Shown: positions 1-10,982, numbered from the stretch's first letter. The stretch: 64,000 bases of DNA from Burkholderiales bacterium (GCA_044373325.1 JBILQJ010000003.1:7188-71187), one strand, 5' to 3'. Translations and numbers: made by a program. Notes: a model not told the origin generated them from the letters alone.

Positions 1-71
1 GCACCCTGTATCTAAAATCAATACGTTTGTTTTGTTCATGTAGGGGCTTCCTCGCCTTATAAAAATAAATT

Positions 72-112
72 TTGTGGCCAACTTTTTCTTGTGTATAAAA
101 AAGTTGACCACA
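72..112. repeat. Degenerate inverted pair of the window-wide repeat (TTGTGGCCAACTTTTT ... AAAAAGTTGACCACAA), downstream of mdh
   Basis: Two complementary arms of about 16 nt separated by a short loop. Sequence variant (GGCCAACT) of the GGCCAACC family seen throughout 0-52 kb. Confidence 0.6.
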
Positions 113-134
113 AGGATTTAAAGACTGCTTGAAA

Positions 135-1136
135 TTAGCCTAACAAATGCGCAATGGCGGCGCGTTCTTCTTCTAATTCGGTCAAAGTAACTGTCATGCG
201 TTCGCGGCTGAATTCGTCAATTTCTAAGCCTTGTACGATGCTGTATTCGCCGTTGGCGCACGTCACAGGGAAACCGTACATCACGCCTTCGGGGATGCCG
301 TAAGATCCGTCTGAAGGAATGCCCATCGTCACCCATTCGCCTTGCGTGCCCAAAGCCCAGTCGCGCATATGGTCGATGGCCGCATTGGCCGCAGAAGCCG
401 CAGAAGACAAGCCACGCGCCTCAATAATAGCCGCGCCACGTTTGCCCACAGTCGGCAAAAATACGTCGCGATTCCATGCTTCATCGTTGATTAAGGTTTT
501 AGCCGCTTGGCCGTTTAAGGTGGCAAAACGATAATCGGCGTACATGGTGGGCGAATGGTTGCCCCAAACGGCCAATTGGCGAATGCTAGAAACTGGCAAG
601 CCCGTTTTGCTGGCCAATTGCGAAGCCGCGCGGTTGTGATCCAAACGCAACATGGCCGTGAAGTTTTTAGCGGGCAAATTTTTGGCCGATTTCATAGCGA
701 TGTAAGCGTTGGTATTGGCGGGATTGCCCACCACCAACACGCGCACGTTGCGGCTGGCAACGGCATCTAAGGCCTGCCCTTGAACGGTGAAAATTTTGGC
801 ATTTTCTTGTAATAATTCAGCACGTTCCATGCCAGGGCCGCGCGGACGAGCGCCGACCAACAAAGCGTAATCCACGTCTTTAAAAGCCACCAAAGGATCG
901 CAAGTGCCAACCATGCTGTGCAACAAAGGGAAGGCACAATCGTCCAATTCCATCATCACGCCACGCAAAGCCGACAAAGCTTTTTCGTTATCAATTTCAA
1001 GCAATTGCAAAATTACAGGTTGGTCTTTGCCTAGCATTTCTCCGCTGGCAATGCGAAACAACAAACTATAAGAAATTTGGCCTGCTGCGCCTGTCACGGC
1101 AACACGAACGGGGGCTTTTAAAGCTGAAGCTTGCAT
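135..1136 (-). CDS. mdh: Malate dehydrogenase (long, LDH-like class)
   Basis: 333-aa ORF. N-terminal Rossmann motif [24 protein letters not shown], and length and layout typical of this MDH class. Confidence 0.9.
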   Translation of the reverse strand: MQASALKAPVRVAVTGAAGQISYSLLFRIASGEMLGKDQPVILQLLEIDNEKALSALRGVMMELDDCAFPLLHSMVGTCDPLVAFKDVDYALLVGARPRGPGMERAELLQENAKIFTVQGQALDAVASRNVRVLVVGNPANTNAYIAMKSAKNLPAKNFTAMLRLDHNRAASQLASKTGLPVSSIRQLAVWGNHSPTMYADYRFATLNGQAAKTLINDEAWNRDVFLPTVGKRGAAIIEARGLSSAASAANAAIDHMRDWALGTQGEWVTMGIPSDGSYGIPEGVMYGFPVTCANGEYSIVQGLEIDEFSRERMTVTLTELEEERAAIAHLLG

Positions 1137-1251
1137 GAACTTCTCCTAACGAAAAAATCAAAGGGTTGATGAAAAATAACCACGAAAGTTTAGCATAAAA
1201 CCAGCGCTTTTGTGCAGCGCACTTAAAGCTTTTTTCTACATCAAGCAAAAA

Positions 1252-1307
1252 CCTTTGTGGCCAACCTTTTACCCGAATATTTCAGGGAAAAAGGTTGGCC
1301 GCAAGGG
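1252..1307. repeat. Inverted pair of the GGCCAACC repeat (TTGTGGCCAACCTTTT-loop-AAAAAGGTTGGCCGCAA)
   Basis: Arms are complementary over about 17 nt plus flanking CCTT/AAGG. The loop ACCCGAATATTTCAGGG resembles the loops of other copies. Lies between the ggt stop and the mdh start. Confidence 0.85.
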
Positions 1308-1372
1308 TTTTTGGGTATTATGGATGATAGGTTTCAATCAAAGGCCAAATTTTAGGGCATTTTTGAGCGCAT

Positions 1373-3172
1373 TTATTTGCCCAAAGCCGTTCCTTCACGG
1401 CGATTGTCGGCTGCGCCCACGTAACCCGAGGCCGTTTTAACGATTAAAGAGGTGCCACTGGTCATCTCCACTTCGTTGATTTCGTGTCCCATGCTTTTGA
1501 GTTTGGTGAGTGTGGCTTCATTTTTTAGCAACGTTGAGCCTTTTTCTATGTCAGTTTTTGCGCCATTGCGACTGCCGTAATGCGGATAATTGACCGCCTC
1601 TTGCGGTGACATTTGCCAATCAATGAGATTGACCAAAGTTTGCGTGACGTAGCCTATGATGCGCGACCCACCGGGCGAACCGACAATGATTTTTAAATTG
1701 CCTTTTTCATCAAAAACCATCGTGGGCGACATGGACGAACGCGGTCTTTTCAACGGCTCAACCCGATTCGCAACCCATGCGCCGTCTTGCGTGTTGGGCG
1801 CAAAATCAAAGTCAGTTAATTGATTGTTAAGCAAAAAGCCACGCACCATTTGGCGGCTGCCAAATCCATCTTCTATGGTGGTGGTCATCGAAATGGCGCG
1901 GCCTTTAGCATCGACAATCACCATGTGGCTGGTTGAGGTCAATTCGGGGCTTAAGCCTTCGACCCACGCTTGATTTGCACCTTGTGGCAAGCCTGCTGGC
2001 GCAGTTACCATGGACTTGTTTTCATCTATCAAGGCCGAACGGGCGGCCAAATAACTTGGCGCAATTAAGCCTTGCGTTGGAACGGCCACAAAATCAGGGT
2101 CACCTAAATATTTGCCCCGATCGGCAAACGCCAAGCGCTCACTTTCTGCAATCAAATGAATGGCTTCAGCGGAATCGGGTTTGAAGTCAGACAAAGGAAA
2201 GCGTTCTAATTGCTTTAAGGTTTGTATCACCGCAATGCCGCCCGAACTGGGTGCGCCCGCGCCACAGACTTGATGGGCACGATACGAACCGCACACCGCC
2301 TCGCGGATTTTAGGATAGGTGCGGTATTTGAGCATGTCTTCTTTGCTTAAATATCCAGGATTGGTGGGGTGATTTTGAACCTTGGCCACAATGGCGTCGG
2401 CAATGTCGCCTTCATAAAAAGCGCTCACGCCTTCTTTCGAAATTCTGGTCAGCACTTGGGCATAATCTGGATTGACTAAAAGCGTGCCAACCGCTTTGGC
2501 TGTTTTGCCATCGGCTTCATAAAAATAAGCACGCGCGGCATCGTCTTTCGCCAAATAAGCATCGGCTTGAATTAAGGTATGCAAGCGCGGCGAAATGGCA
2601 AAGCCTTGCTTGGCCAAGGCAATGGCGGGCTGAAACAACGTTGCCCAAGGTAACTTGCCTTCACGTTTATGCGCCACAGCCAACATGCTCAACACATTGG
2701 GCACACCCACCGAACGCCCACCAATAACGGCCTCATAAAAAGGCAGTTCTATTTTTTTGCCATTGCTGACGGTTTGAAACAAATCAGGTTTTACCGCCGC
2801 AGGCGCAACTTCACGCCCATCATAATAACGCAGCGCTTTGCCATCAAAAGACAACAAAAAAGCCCCGCCCGCAATGCCTGACGATTGAGGTTCAACCAAC
2901 CCCAAAACTAATTGAGCCGCAATGGCCGCATCCACAGCCGAGCCGCCCTTTTTTAGCATTTTATCGGCCGCTTGAGTGGCCAAAGGGTTGGCCGTGACCG
3001 ACAGATAGCGTTTAGCTTGTTTGCTCACCGCCAAAGTTAAGCCGCTGCTTTTTTCGGGCGCACCTGTGTCAACGGCATACTCAAGCGCCCATAAAGGTGT
3101 CTGCCCCAACACGCCAAACAACACACTCAACATCGTCACACGCAAACCAGTTTTCTTAGATAAAACAGACAT
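1373..3172 (-). CDS. ggt: Gamma-glutamyltranspeptidase
   Basis: 599-aa ORF with a signal-like N-terminus. Autoprocessing and nucleophile region LTSTSHMVIVD; GSPGGSRIIG near the C-terminus. Confidence 0.9.
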   Translation of the reverse strand: MSVLSKKTGLRVTMLSVLFGVLGQTPLWALEYAVDTGAPEKSSGLTLAVSKQAKRYLSVTANPLATQAADKMLKKGGSAVDAAIAAQLVLGLVEPQSSGIAGGAFLLSFDGKALRYYDGREVAPAAVKPDLFQTVSNGKKIELPFYEAVIGGRSVGVPNVLSMLAVAHKREGKLPWATLFQPAIALAKQGFAISPRLHTLIQADAYLAKDDAARAYFYEADGKTAKAVGTLLVNPDYAQVLTRISKEGVSAFYEGDIADAIVAKVQNHPTNPGYLSKEDMLKYRTYPKIREAVCGSYRAHQVCGAGAPSSGGIAVIQTLKQLERFPLSDFKPDSAEAIHLIAESERLAFADRGKYLGDPDFVAVPTQGLIAPSYLAARSALIDENKSMVTAPAGLPQGANQAWVEGLSPELTSTSHMVIVDAKGRAISMTTTIEDGFGSRQMVRGFLLNNQLTDFDFAPNTQDGAWVANRVEPLKRPRSSMSPTMVFDEKGNLKIIVGSPGGSRIIGYVTQTLVNLIDWQMSPQEAVNYPHYGSRNGAKTDIEKGSTLLKNEATLTKLKSMGHEINEVEMTSGTSLIVKTASGYVGAADNRREGTALGK

Positions 3173-3242
3173 TGCCCACTCCTTTGAACGTTAGAAAAAA
3201 AGGGATAAACCCAAACCAAACACAGCAACTTCAACCGCCGTA

Positions 3243-4478
3243 CTACAAAAAAGACACGCCATCAGCAAAAGGGCTTAAACCCCAACGATGAGCCAAACTT
3301 TGCCCCACATCGGCAAAGCCATGCCGCACGCCCAAACTGCCAACCGCAACACTCGCGCCCGCCACCAAAACTGGCACGTGTTCTCGCGTATGCTCGGTGC
3401 CTGGCCAAGTCGGGTCGCAACCGTGGTCCGCTGACAAAATCAACACATCATCGGGGCCTAAGGCGGCCAACATATCGGGCAGACGCGCATCAAACTCTTC
3501 TAAGGCCGCCGCATAGCCCGCCACGTTGCGTCTGTGCCCAAAGCTTTGATCAAATTCGACAAAATTGGTCATCACCAAACTGTTGTCGGGCAAAGTCGCC
3601 CATGCGGATAAGGTCGCGTCCCACAAAGCCTTATGCCCTGTGGCTTTATAAGCTTGTGTGATGCCGCTGCCTGCAAAAATATCCGAAATTTTACCAACAG
3701 AAACGACTTCGCCACCCGCTAGTGCGACTTTGTCTAACAGCGTTGGCGCTGGCGGTTGAACGGCGTAATCATGTCGATTGCCTGTGCGTTTGTAGTTGGC
3801 CGCATTGCTCCCGATAAAGGGGCGAGCAATCACTCGGCAAATTTGATATTTTTGCACTTCTTCATAAGCGATTTCGCACAAACGATATAAATTATCCAAG
3901 CCAAAACTGTCTTCGTGTACCGCAATTTGAAAAACAGAATCGGCTGACGTATAAAAAATGGGTTTGCCTGTGGCTTGATGTTCTTCACCTAACCGCGCGA
4001 TGATTTCTGTGCCTGACGCATGGCAATTGCCCAACCAACCAGGCAAGCCAGCGCGTTCAACCAAAATATCTAACAGCTCGGGCGGAAAGGAATCAGTTTT
4101 TTTGGGAAAATAGCCCCAATCGAAACGCACAGGCACGCCCATCAATTCCCAATGCCCCGATGGGGTGTCTTTACCCGAAGAGACTTCATACGCCGCGCCA
4201 TAAGCGGCCATGACCTCAGGCTGAGCACTCAAGCCCGCGACTGGCTGTCCCGTGGCCAATTGACTGGCCAAGCCCAAGCCCATTTTTTCAAGGTTGGGAA
4301 TGTGCAGCGCGCCCGAACGCGGCTGGTTTTCATTTTCATAATATCGACCATCGGCGCGCCCAGCCAAGCACTCGACCGCTATGCTGCCCAAAGTATTAGC
4401 GCCCACATCGCCAAAAGCCGCCGCATCAGGCGCTGCGCCTATGCCCAAAGAATCCAAAATTAAAATTGCAACTCGCAT
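3243..4478 (-). CDS. deoB: Phosphopentomutase
   Basis: 411 aa. N-terminal [14 protein letters not shown] metal-binding motif and SADHGCDPT motif of the alkaline-phosphatase-superfamily phosphopentomutases. Adjacent to deoC. Confidence 0.9.
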   Translation of the reverse strand: MRVAILILDSLGIGAAPDAAAFGDVGANTLGSIAVECLAGRADGRYYENENQPRSGALHIPNLEKMGLGLASQLATGQPVAGLSAQPEVMAAYGAAYEVSSGKDTPSGHWELMGVPVRFDWGYFPKKTDSFPPELLDILVERAGLPGWLGNCHASGTEIIARLGEEHQATGKPIFYTSADSVFQIAVHEDSFGLDNLYRLCEIAYEEVQKYQICRVIARPFIGSNAANYKRTGNRHDYAVQPPAPTLLDKVALAGGEVVSVGKISDIFAGSGITQAYKATGHKALWDATLSAWATLPDNSLVMTNFVEFDQSFGHRRNVAGYAAALEEFDARLPDMLAALGPDDVLILSADHGCDPTWPGTEHTREHVPVLVAGASVAVGSLGVRHGFADVGQSLAHRWGLSPFADGVSFL

Positions 4479-4519
4479 GGTGACTCCTTTTCTTTTTCGT
4501 TAATTTTAATAACTAATTT

Positions 4520-5308
4520 TCAATAACCTTGCGCATCCAACGACACGCCTTGCTGCAAGGTCAGCAGCAAACTACCCAGCAAACTGGATGCACCAAAACG
4601 CCAAGTGGCTGCGCTGACCCAATTTTCGCCCAGAATGGCATCAGCCAAAGCCAAATAATCGGCCGCCTCTTGCGCCGATCGCACCCCGCCTGCGGCTTTA
4701 AATCCCACCGCTTTACCGCTGTTTTTGATGGTGTTTAGCATGATTTCGGCGGCGGCCAACGTGGCATTAACGGGGACTTTACCCGTTGAAGTTTTAATAA
4801 AGTTCGCCCCTGCTTCTATGCTGATTTCGCTGGCTTGTTGTATCAAAGCTGGCGTTTTTAATTCGCCACTTTCGATGATGACTTTTAACAAAACAGACTT
4901 GTCCAAAGCCGCGCGGCAAGCGCTCACTAACTCCAACCCAATCGCGGCATTGCCTGCCATTAAGGCTTGGTACGGAAAAACCACATCAATCTCATCTGCG
5001 CCCAAAGCCGCCGCCTCAAGGCATTGTTGCACCGCTTGCGCCACATCGGCGGCTCCGTGCGGAAAATTGGCCACCGTTGCAATTTTGACGTTGGTTAGGT
5101 TCAACTCGGCCAATTGCTGTTTGGCCACCGCAATAAAGCGCGGATACACACACAAAGCCGCTGGCGAGCCAAAGGGCGTTTGCGCGGCGGTGGCCAAAGC
5201 GAGTATGTCTGCGGCGGTGTCGGTGTCATTTAAAGACGTTAAATCCATCAAACGCAAAGCTCTTAATCCGTTGACTTGTAAAGCATTTTGTTCTAACTCT
5301 GGCATCAT
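4520..5308 (-). CDS. deoC: Deoxyribose-phosphate aldolase (long E. coli type)
   Basis: 262 aa. Schiff-base lysine context FIKTSTGK. Sits between nupC and deoB. Confidence 0.9.
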   Translation of the reverse strand: MMPELEQNALQVNGLRALRLMDLTSLNDTDTAADILALATAAQTPFGSPAALCVYPRFIAVAKQQLAELNLTNVKIATVANFPHGAADVAQAVQQCLEAAALGADEIDVVFPYQALMAGNAAIGLELVSACRAALDKSVLLKVIIESGELKTPALIQQASEISIEAGANFIKTSTGKVPVNATLAAAEIMLNTIKNSGKAVGFKAAGGVRSAQEAADYLALADAILGENWVSAATWRFGASSLLGSLLLTLQQGVSLDAQGY

Positions 5309-5331
5309 TCAATCCTTTCTTTGTTAAGTCA

Positions 5332-5379
5332 TTGCGGCCAACCTTTTTTTAGTTTTTTGCATAAAAAGGTTGGCCGCAA
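5332..5379. repeat. Inverted pair of the GGCCAACC repeat between nupC and deoC
   Basis: TTGCGGCCAACCTTTTT ... AAAAAGGTTGGCCGCAA, with perfect 17-nt arms. Confidence 0.9.
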
Positions 5380-5426
5380 GTTGATGTTTCAAATGTTATG
5401 CTTGCAATCTAGGCTTCCAACAAGGC

Positions 5427-6701
5427 TTAACCCAAAAATAAACCTGCCATGGTTGCGCTCATCAAATTGGCCAACGAAGAGGCCAAAACCACGCGCAACC
5501 CCATTTTAGCGACTTCAGAGCGGCGCTCGGGCGCAATCACGGTAAAACTGCCCAGCATGATGCCCACCGATGAGAAGTTGGCAAAACCGCATAAAGCAAA
5601 CGAAATAATCACCAACGTTGTGGGTTGTAAAGCCGTTAAACCTGCCGCATTCAAGGCGGCGGCATCTTTTAAATACGGTGAAAAATTCACGTAAGCCACA
5701 AATTCATTTAACAATAATTTTTGTCCAATAAAATCGCCAGCCACCGCAGCGTCTGCCCAAGGAATGCCAATTAACCAAGCAAAAGGTGCTAAGGCATGCC
5801 CCATCAAAAAGTTCAAATTCCATTCAGGATGGCCAAACAAACCCATGATACTGCCAATCAAGCCATTACACAGCGCAATCAAAGCGATAAAAGCAATCAG
5901 CATCGCGCCCACACTCAAGGCGATTTGCAAACCAATCGACGCGCCAGATGCGGCAGCTTCGATGACATTGGCAGGCTTTTTCTCTTCAAATTGCAAATCT
6001 TTAAACGTAAAGTCAACCTCTTCCGTTGTGGGGCACATGATTTTGGCAAATAACAAGCCTGCAGGGACGCTCATGGCGCAAGCGGCTAATAAATACTCCA
6101 TTTTAACCCCCAAGCCTGCATAACCTGCCAAAACCGACCCCGCCACCGCCGCCATGCCGCTGGTCATGATGCAAAATAAATGTGGGCCTTTGAGTTGGTT
6201 TAAAAAAGGGCGTAAGGCTGGAATGACTTCGCTGCCACCCAAAAAAATGTTGGCCACGGCATTAAATGATTCCACTTTGCTCACGCCGATGAGTTTTTGC
6301 ATGAGGGTGCCCAAAATGCGTATCACCCAGCCCATAATGCCTAAATAATACAAAACCGACATCAAAGACGTGACAAAAATAATGGCAGGCAACACCTGAA
6401 AAGCAAACACAAAAGCGCCATCACCGCCAAACGCCTTACCCATGCGCCCAAAATCCACCAAACTCCCAAATAAAAACTGTCCACCTGCGCGGCCATAACC
6501 CAACACCAAATTCACCGCATTGGCCGCCATTTCTAAGGCGTTTCGGCCTTTATCCCAAAACAAAATCAAAGCGCCTATGCCCAATTGCGTCAAAAATGCC
6601 GCGCCAACCACGCGCAACTGTATCGCCGATCGGTTCATCGAAAAAATATAAGCCACCAACAACAAACTGCCCATGCCCATCAGGCCACGCAAAAGATCCA
6701 T
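5427..6701 (-). CDS. nupC: Concentrative nucleoside transporter (NupC/CNT family)
   Basis: 424-aa polytopic membrane ORF with CNT-like layout, directly upstream of deoC-deoB. Confidence 0.8.
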   Translation of the reverse strand: MDLLRGLMGMGSLLLVAYIFSMNRSAIQLRVVGAAFLTQLGIGALILFWDKGRNALEMAANAVNLVLGYGRAGGQFLFGSLVDFGRMGKAFGGDGAFVFAFQVLPAIIFVTSLMSVLYYLGIMGWVIRILGTLMQKLIGVSKVESFNAVANIFLGGSEVIPALRPFLNQLKGPHLFCIMTSGMAAVAGSVLAGYAGLGVKMEYLLAACAMSVPAGLLFAKIMCPTTEEVDFTFKDLQFEEKKPANVIEAAASGASIGLQIALSVGAMLIAFIALIALCNGLIGSIMGLFGHPEWNLNFLMGHALAPFAWLIGIPWADAAVAGDFIGQKLLLNEFVAYVNFSPYLKDAAALNAAGLTALQPTTLVIISFALCGFANFSSVGIMLGSFTVIAPERRSEVAKMGLRVVLASSLANLMSATMAGLFLG

Positions 6702-6766
6702 TGTGAATTATCCTTTTGAAGGGTTAAATAAAAAGTAACAAGCAAGCTGTTTAAAACCAGCGCATT

Positions 6767-7831
6767 TTAGCACACCTTGCGCACTCGGTTTTCAGTCGCG
6801 CTTGAGGTGGCCAACTCCATCAAAGCCATCACTTTAATGGCGCTGTCTGCGGTAACAGGATTGGCCGCGCCGTGCAAAAGGTTGGCTGCAATCCCTGCAT
6901 AATACGCACCATAATCACCAAACTGTACAGCGAAGGTTTGCGTCAAAACCGTTTCGGGCGCATTAGCATTTTCCAAGCTCAATTCACTGATTTCTGTCTC
7001 TGGCTCTGTTGCCGTGCTCACGCCCCACAAGCCATTTTTGAGTTGATTTTCTTGCAAATCCAAGCCCCATTTGACCCAGCTGCCTTGTTTGCCATGCACC
7101 GTAAATCTGGGCGCTGGGGCTGCGGCCAAGGTGCTGGCGTGCAAAATAACTCGCGCCGTTTTGTAATATAAAATGACCTCAAAATAATCAACGGCCACGC
7201 CATCGGTTCTTAAAATCGCCAAATCGGCAAAAATGGCCTGCGGCATACCCAATAATTCGATGGCCTGATCCAATAAATGCGGGCCCAAATCATACCAAAG
7301 CCCTGCGCCTGCCTGAGCTTGTTCGCGCCAACGGGGTCTAACTTGTGGCCTAAATCGGTCAAAATGTGAACGTATCGACACAATATCGCCCAAAGTTTGC
7401 TCGCGTACCAGTGTTTGCAAAGTTAAAAAATCCCCGTCCCAGCGCCGATTGTGAAACACGGACAACGTCAAGTTGGCCGCAATGGCTTGTTGATTCAAGC
7501 CTTCAGCTTCTGCCAAGGTCAACGTAAACGGCTTGTCGACTACCACGTGTTTGCCTGCGGCCAAAGCCGCTTGCGCCAAAGCATAATGCGTGTCGTTGGG
7601 CGTTGCAATGACCACCAAATCTATGCTGTCGTCTAACCACAAAGCCTCAACATCCGCCAAAATCCGCACCGAGGCAGGCCATTTTTTCTGATCCGCCAAA
7701 ATTTTTTCGCCCTGACGGCTGATGATGACACTCAATTCTAAATTTTTACAAGCCAAAATCAATGGTGCATGAAACGTTTGGCCTGCGTAACCGTAACCAA
7801 TCAAGGCCACTTGTATGACTTGGGCATTCAT
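6767..7831 (-). CDS. Gfo/Idh/MocA-family NAD(P)-dependent oxidoreductase
   Basis: 354 aa. N-terminal VALIGYGYAG Rossmann motif followed by the VATPNDTH and VVDKPF motifs typical of the family. Confidence 0.8.
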   Translation of the reverse strand: MNAQVIQVALIGYGYAGQTFHAPLILACKNLELSVIISRQGEKILADQKKWPASVRILADVEALWLDDSIDLVVIATPNDTHYALAQAALAAGKHVVVDKPFTLTLAEAEGLNQQAIAANLTLSVFHNRRWDGDFLTLQTLVREQTLGDIVSIRSHFDRFRPQVRPRWREQAQAGAGLWYDLGPHLLDQAIELLGMPQAIFADLAILRTDGVAVDYFEVILYYKTARVILHASTLAAAPAPRFTVHGKQGSWVKWGLDLQENQLKNGLWGVSTATEPETEISELSLENANAPETVLTQTFAVQFGDYGAYYAGIAANLLHGAANPVTADSAIKVMALMELATSSATENRVRKVC

Positions 7832-7852
7832 CAGAAAAACTCCTCAAAAAGA

Positions 7853-7870
7853 AAAAAAGGTTGGCCACAA
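7853..7870 (-). repeat. Single copy of the repeat (AAAAAAAGGTTGGCCACAA on the + strand)
   Basis: Lies between the pgpA stop and the oxidoreductase start. The pgpA transcript would read TTGTGGCCAACCTTTTTTT. Confidence 0.85.
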
Positions 7871-7879
7871 TGAACGCCC

Positions 7880-8419
7880 CTAAAACCAATTTGGCCAAAT
7901 CCACGCCAAACCGTGATAGCAAACAATGGCAAAAACCGCCGCCAAAATGTCGTCTATCATCACGCCAAAGCCGCCTTTGACTCGCGCGTCCAGCCATGCA
8001 ATGGGTTGCGGTTTGATAATGTCAAAAATCCTAAATAAAACAAAACCTAAAGCATAGCCTAAAGCTGAATCTCGCACAAAATAACACACCAAAAACATGG
8101 CCACGATTTCATCCCAAACAATCGCGCCGTGATCGCTGACGCCCAAGGCTTGCCCTGTTTTGGTGCAACACCACACGCCGATGCCAAACAAAACGACACA
8201 AACGATGCCCCAAAGGACGGCGCTTTGTGGCACAAATCCCAAGCTTTTAAGCCCTAAAAACAAAGCCAAGCCCATCAAGCTGCCCCACGTTCCTGGCGCG
8301 GGTTTTAACAAGCCAGACCCAAAACCGAAAGAGACACTATGCGCCCAGTGGCTGAACATCAATCGCAAACTGGGTTGGGTGGTCGCGGCCACCATGTGTT
8401 TGTTGTTACGTTTTATCAT
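7880..8419 (-). CDS. pgpA: Phosphatidylglycerophosphatase A
   Basis: 179 aa. FGFGSGLLKPAPGTWGSL motif and membrane-protein layout. thiL-pgpA adjacency as in E. coli. Confidence 0.85.
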   Translation of the reverse strand: MIKRNNKHMVAATTQPSLRLMFSHWAHSVSFGFGSGLLKPAPGTWGSLMGLALFLGLKSLGFVPQSAVLWGIVCVVLFGIGVWCCTKTGQALGVSDHGAIVWDEIVAMFLVCYFVRDSALGYALGFVLFRIFDIIKPQPIAWLDARVKGGFGVMIDDILAAVFAIVCYHGLAWIWPNWF

Positions 8420-8465
8420 ATAAAAATCAAAAGCCTCAATAAAATATTAAGCCAATATTAAGCGT

Positions 8466-9455
8466 TTAAGGGGCTTTAAAATGGTCAAAACCGCGTTCCG
8501 CCATAAAAAAAGGTTGGCCGCAATGCCGCAATTGCAAGCCTTGCTCGGCGGTGATGTGGCCAACCTTGCTTAAGCGGATATTGAGCGCTAGCGCCAAGTC
8601 CGCCAAGGCCGCGCGTTGCTGGGCTGGCGCGGTAAAACACAATTCGTAATCATCGCCGCCTGCGGCCACGTAGCGATAATAATCTTTAAAATCCGCGCCT
8701 AACACGCTGTTTTCGGCCACAGGCAAAGCGTCTAAATTGACCACCGCGCCGCAAGCCGAAGCTTGCAAAATATGCCCTAAATCCGCCAACAGCCCATCTG
8801 AAATGTCCAGCGCCGCATGGGCAATGCCTTGCAAAGCCATGCCCAAAGCGACCCGGGGCGTGGGTTGATGCAATTTAGCCAAACACAAAGCCTGCGCTGG
8901 CGCGTCCAAAGCCCAAGGCAAAGTCTGCGTCAAATGCGCCAAAGCCATCGCGGCCAACCCCAGCTCTCCGCTCACCCAAATGTCGTCGCCCACTTGGGCT
9001 TGATCGCGGCGCAGCGCTTGGCCTTGCGGCGCATCACCCAGCACCGTCACCGACACCGTCAACGGCCCAGCCGTGGTATCGCCGCCAATTAACATCACGC
9101 CATGTTCTGCGGCCAAGGTTTGAAAGCCCGCCAAAAAATCAGCCAGCCAAACGGGATTCAATTCAGGCAAAGCCACCGACAACAGAACCCAGCGCGGCTT
9201 TGCACCCATGGCGGCCATGTCCGACAAATTCACCGCCAAGGCTTTATGACCTAAATTTTGCGGCGCAACGTCGGCAAAAAAATGCCGCCCTGCCACCAAC
9301 ATATCACTGGAAAGATGTATATCGCGCCCCGCCGTTGGCCGAATAATCGCCGCATCGTCGCCTATGCCCAAAATCAATTGCGGCGAAGTTTGCGCTTTAG
9401 GGAGCATTTGTTGAATGAATTCAAATTCGCCCATGTTTTTTGGCGCTTGCGTCAT
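8466..9455 (-). CDS. thiL: Thiamine-monophosphate kinase
   Basis: 329 aa. GIGDDAAI and PurM-like ATP-binding fold motifs. Contains an in-frame copy of the repeat near its 3' end (encoding HCGQPFF). Confidence 0.85.
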   Translation of the reverse strand: MTQAPKNMGEFEFIQQMLPKAQTSPQLILGIGDDAAIIRPTAGRDIHLSSDMLVAGRHFFADVAPQNLGHKALAVNLSDMAAMGAKPRWVLLSVALPELNPVWLADFLAGFQTLAAEHGVMLIGGDTTAGPLTVSVTVLGDAPQGQALRRDQAQVGDDIWVSGELGLAAMALAHLTQTLPWALDAPAQALCLAKLHQPTPRVALGMALQGIAHAALDISDGLLADLGHILQASACGAVVNLDALPVAENSVLGADFKDYYRYVAAGGDDYELCFTAPAQQRAALADLALALNIRLSKVGHITAEQGLQLRHCGQPFFMAERGFDHFKAP

Positions 9456-10891
9456 GCCTCGTCCTCGCTGTTAACGCCTACTTCCAAGGCTCGTTTTTTG
9501 CACCACGCTTGCAAATTGGCCAACATCAACAAATCGGCTGGTTTTGCGCCCAAACACGCGGTGGCGATGTCTTGTAAAATTTGCGGCAAAGCCTTAGCCC
9601 ACAAGCTTGTGCAATGCGCTTGCCATTTGTTTTTTTGCGTCTCATTCAATAAATCTGGCTGATTTTTGGCGGCATAAAATAAAGCCAAATCCGCCATGCG
9701 CGCATCGCTAAACGGCGGCAAACTGGACAAAGTCCGCAAACGCAAACCATGAGCTTTTTGTTTGTCCGCGTTAGGCAAAAAGCCAGCATATAAAGCCGTT
9801 TCAGCAGGTTCTTCTTCCAATTTTTCAGCAAAAGATGCCGTTCTATCAAACACTTTTGCCCACAGTGGCGCTAAATTGGGCAACTCATACGCCGCTTGGG
9901 CGTGTTGTGCCACACGGTCTAAATCCACGCCCAATTGAGCCGCGCGTTCGGGCGACAACACTTTAAAATTTTTCACCACAAACGGCGCTTGATTGATGTG
10001 TATGGTTTTAATGGGCAAGCGCGTCACGCCTTCGGGCAACTCGTCTTGGCGCGTAAACATCCTTAAACGCACCTCTTCTGCGCTTAAATTCCGCAAAATA
10101 TCAGGATTTTCGTTTAAATCCCACACGATGATTTCGTTGGTGTTGGTGGGGTGTTGCGCCAAAGGATAAACCGCTCGCAAATAGCCTTTGCTCGCGCCAA
10201 ACATACCCGAAGCGTGTAATACAGGCGCAGGTTTTAGGAGGGTAAGCTGTTCATAAACCGCTGATTTTTTGCGTAAATTCAAATAAAACTCAAACAATTT
10301 GGGTTCTTTTTCTTGGATGAGTTTGGCCACGGCGATGGTGGCTTCCACATCGGACAAGGCATCGTGGGCTTTTTCGTGACTTAACCCGTTGGCCGCGCTT
10401 AAATCGGTCAATTTTAGGCTAACCGTGCCATCTTCTTTGTAAATCCAGTTGAGCGCGTGCAGTTTGAGGGCGTAAACCGCGCGCACCAAAGGCAAAATGT
10501 CCCAACGGGCGCAGTCGTTTTTCCATTCGTGATCGTAAGGTTCTAACAAATTGCGCCACAACAAAAACCGCGTGACTTCGCTGTCAAATTTTAGGCTGTT
10601 GTAGCCCACGCCTATCGTGCCTGCACGGGCAAATTCGGCTTGTATCCGCGCGGCAAATTCGGCTTCGGGCAAGCCTTTATCGTCGCATTCTTGCGGCAAA
10701 ATGCCCGTCACCAAACACGCGCCCACTTGCGGCACGGTGTCCAAAGCCGTTTGGCAATACCACATTATGGGGTCGCCGATGGGCTTAAAATTGAGGTCGG
10801 TGCGTATGGCGGCAAATTGCGCAGGCCTGTCGCTGCGCGGATTCACGCCAAAGGTTTCGTAGTCATACCATAAAAAAGTTGGGGTCGCCAT
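9452..10891 (-). CDS. sbcB: Exodeoxyribonuclease I
   Basis: 479 aa. N-terminal FLWYDYETFG DEDDh exonuclease motif and HDALSDV motif. Confidence 0.9.
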   Translation of the reverse strand: MATPTFLWYDYETFGVNPRSDRPAQFAAIRTDLNFKPIGDPIMWYCQTALDTVPQVGACLVTGILPQECDDKGLPEAEFAARIQAEFARAGTIGVGYNSLKFDSEVTRFLLWRNLLEPYDHEWKNDCARWDILPLVRAVYALKLHALNWIYKEDGTVSLKLTDLSAANGLSHEKAHDALSDVEATIAVAKLIQEKEPKLFEFYLNLRKKSAVYEQLTLLKPAPVLHASGMFGASKGYLRAVYPLAQHPTNTNEIIVWDLNENPDILRNLSAEEVRLRMFTRQDELPEGVTRLPIKTIHINQAPFVVKNFKVLSPERAAQLGVDLDRVAQHAQAAYELPNLAPLWAKVFDRTASFAEKLEEEPAETALYAGFLPNADKQKAHGLRLRTLSSLPPFSDARMADLALFYAAKNQPDLLNETQKNKWQAHCTSLWAKALPQILQDIATACLGAKPADLLMLANLQAWCKKRALEVGVNSEDEA

Positions 10892-10931
10892 ATTCAGTTA
10901 ACCATGCTCATCAAAAAGTCAAAAAAAAGTT

Positions 10932-10946
10932 AAAAGGTTGGCCGCA
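10932..10946 (-). repeat. Single copy of the repeat (AAAAGGTTGGCCGCA on the + strand)
   Basis: Lies between the R-M gene stop and the sbcB start. Confidence 0.8.
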
Positions 10947-10982
10947 GGCATTGATGCTTAGGCCGCAAATATTGACGGCTTA

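Noticed and set aside
4725-5327. 200-aa plus-strand ORF
   Set aside because: It is entirely antisense to the well-supported deoC gene. It is Ala/Ser/Cys-rich shadow-frame composition with no recognisable motif.
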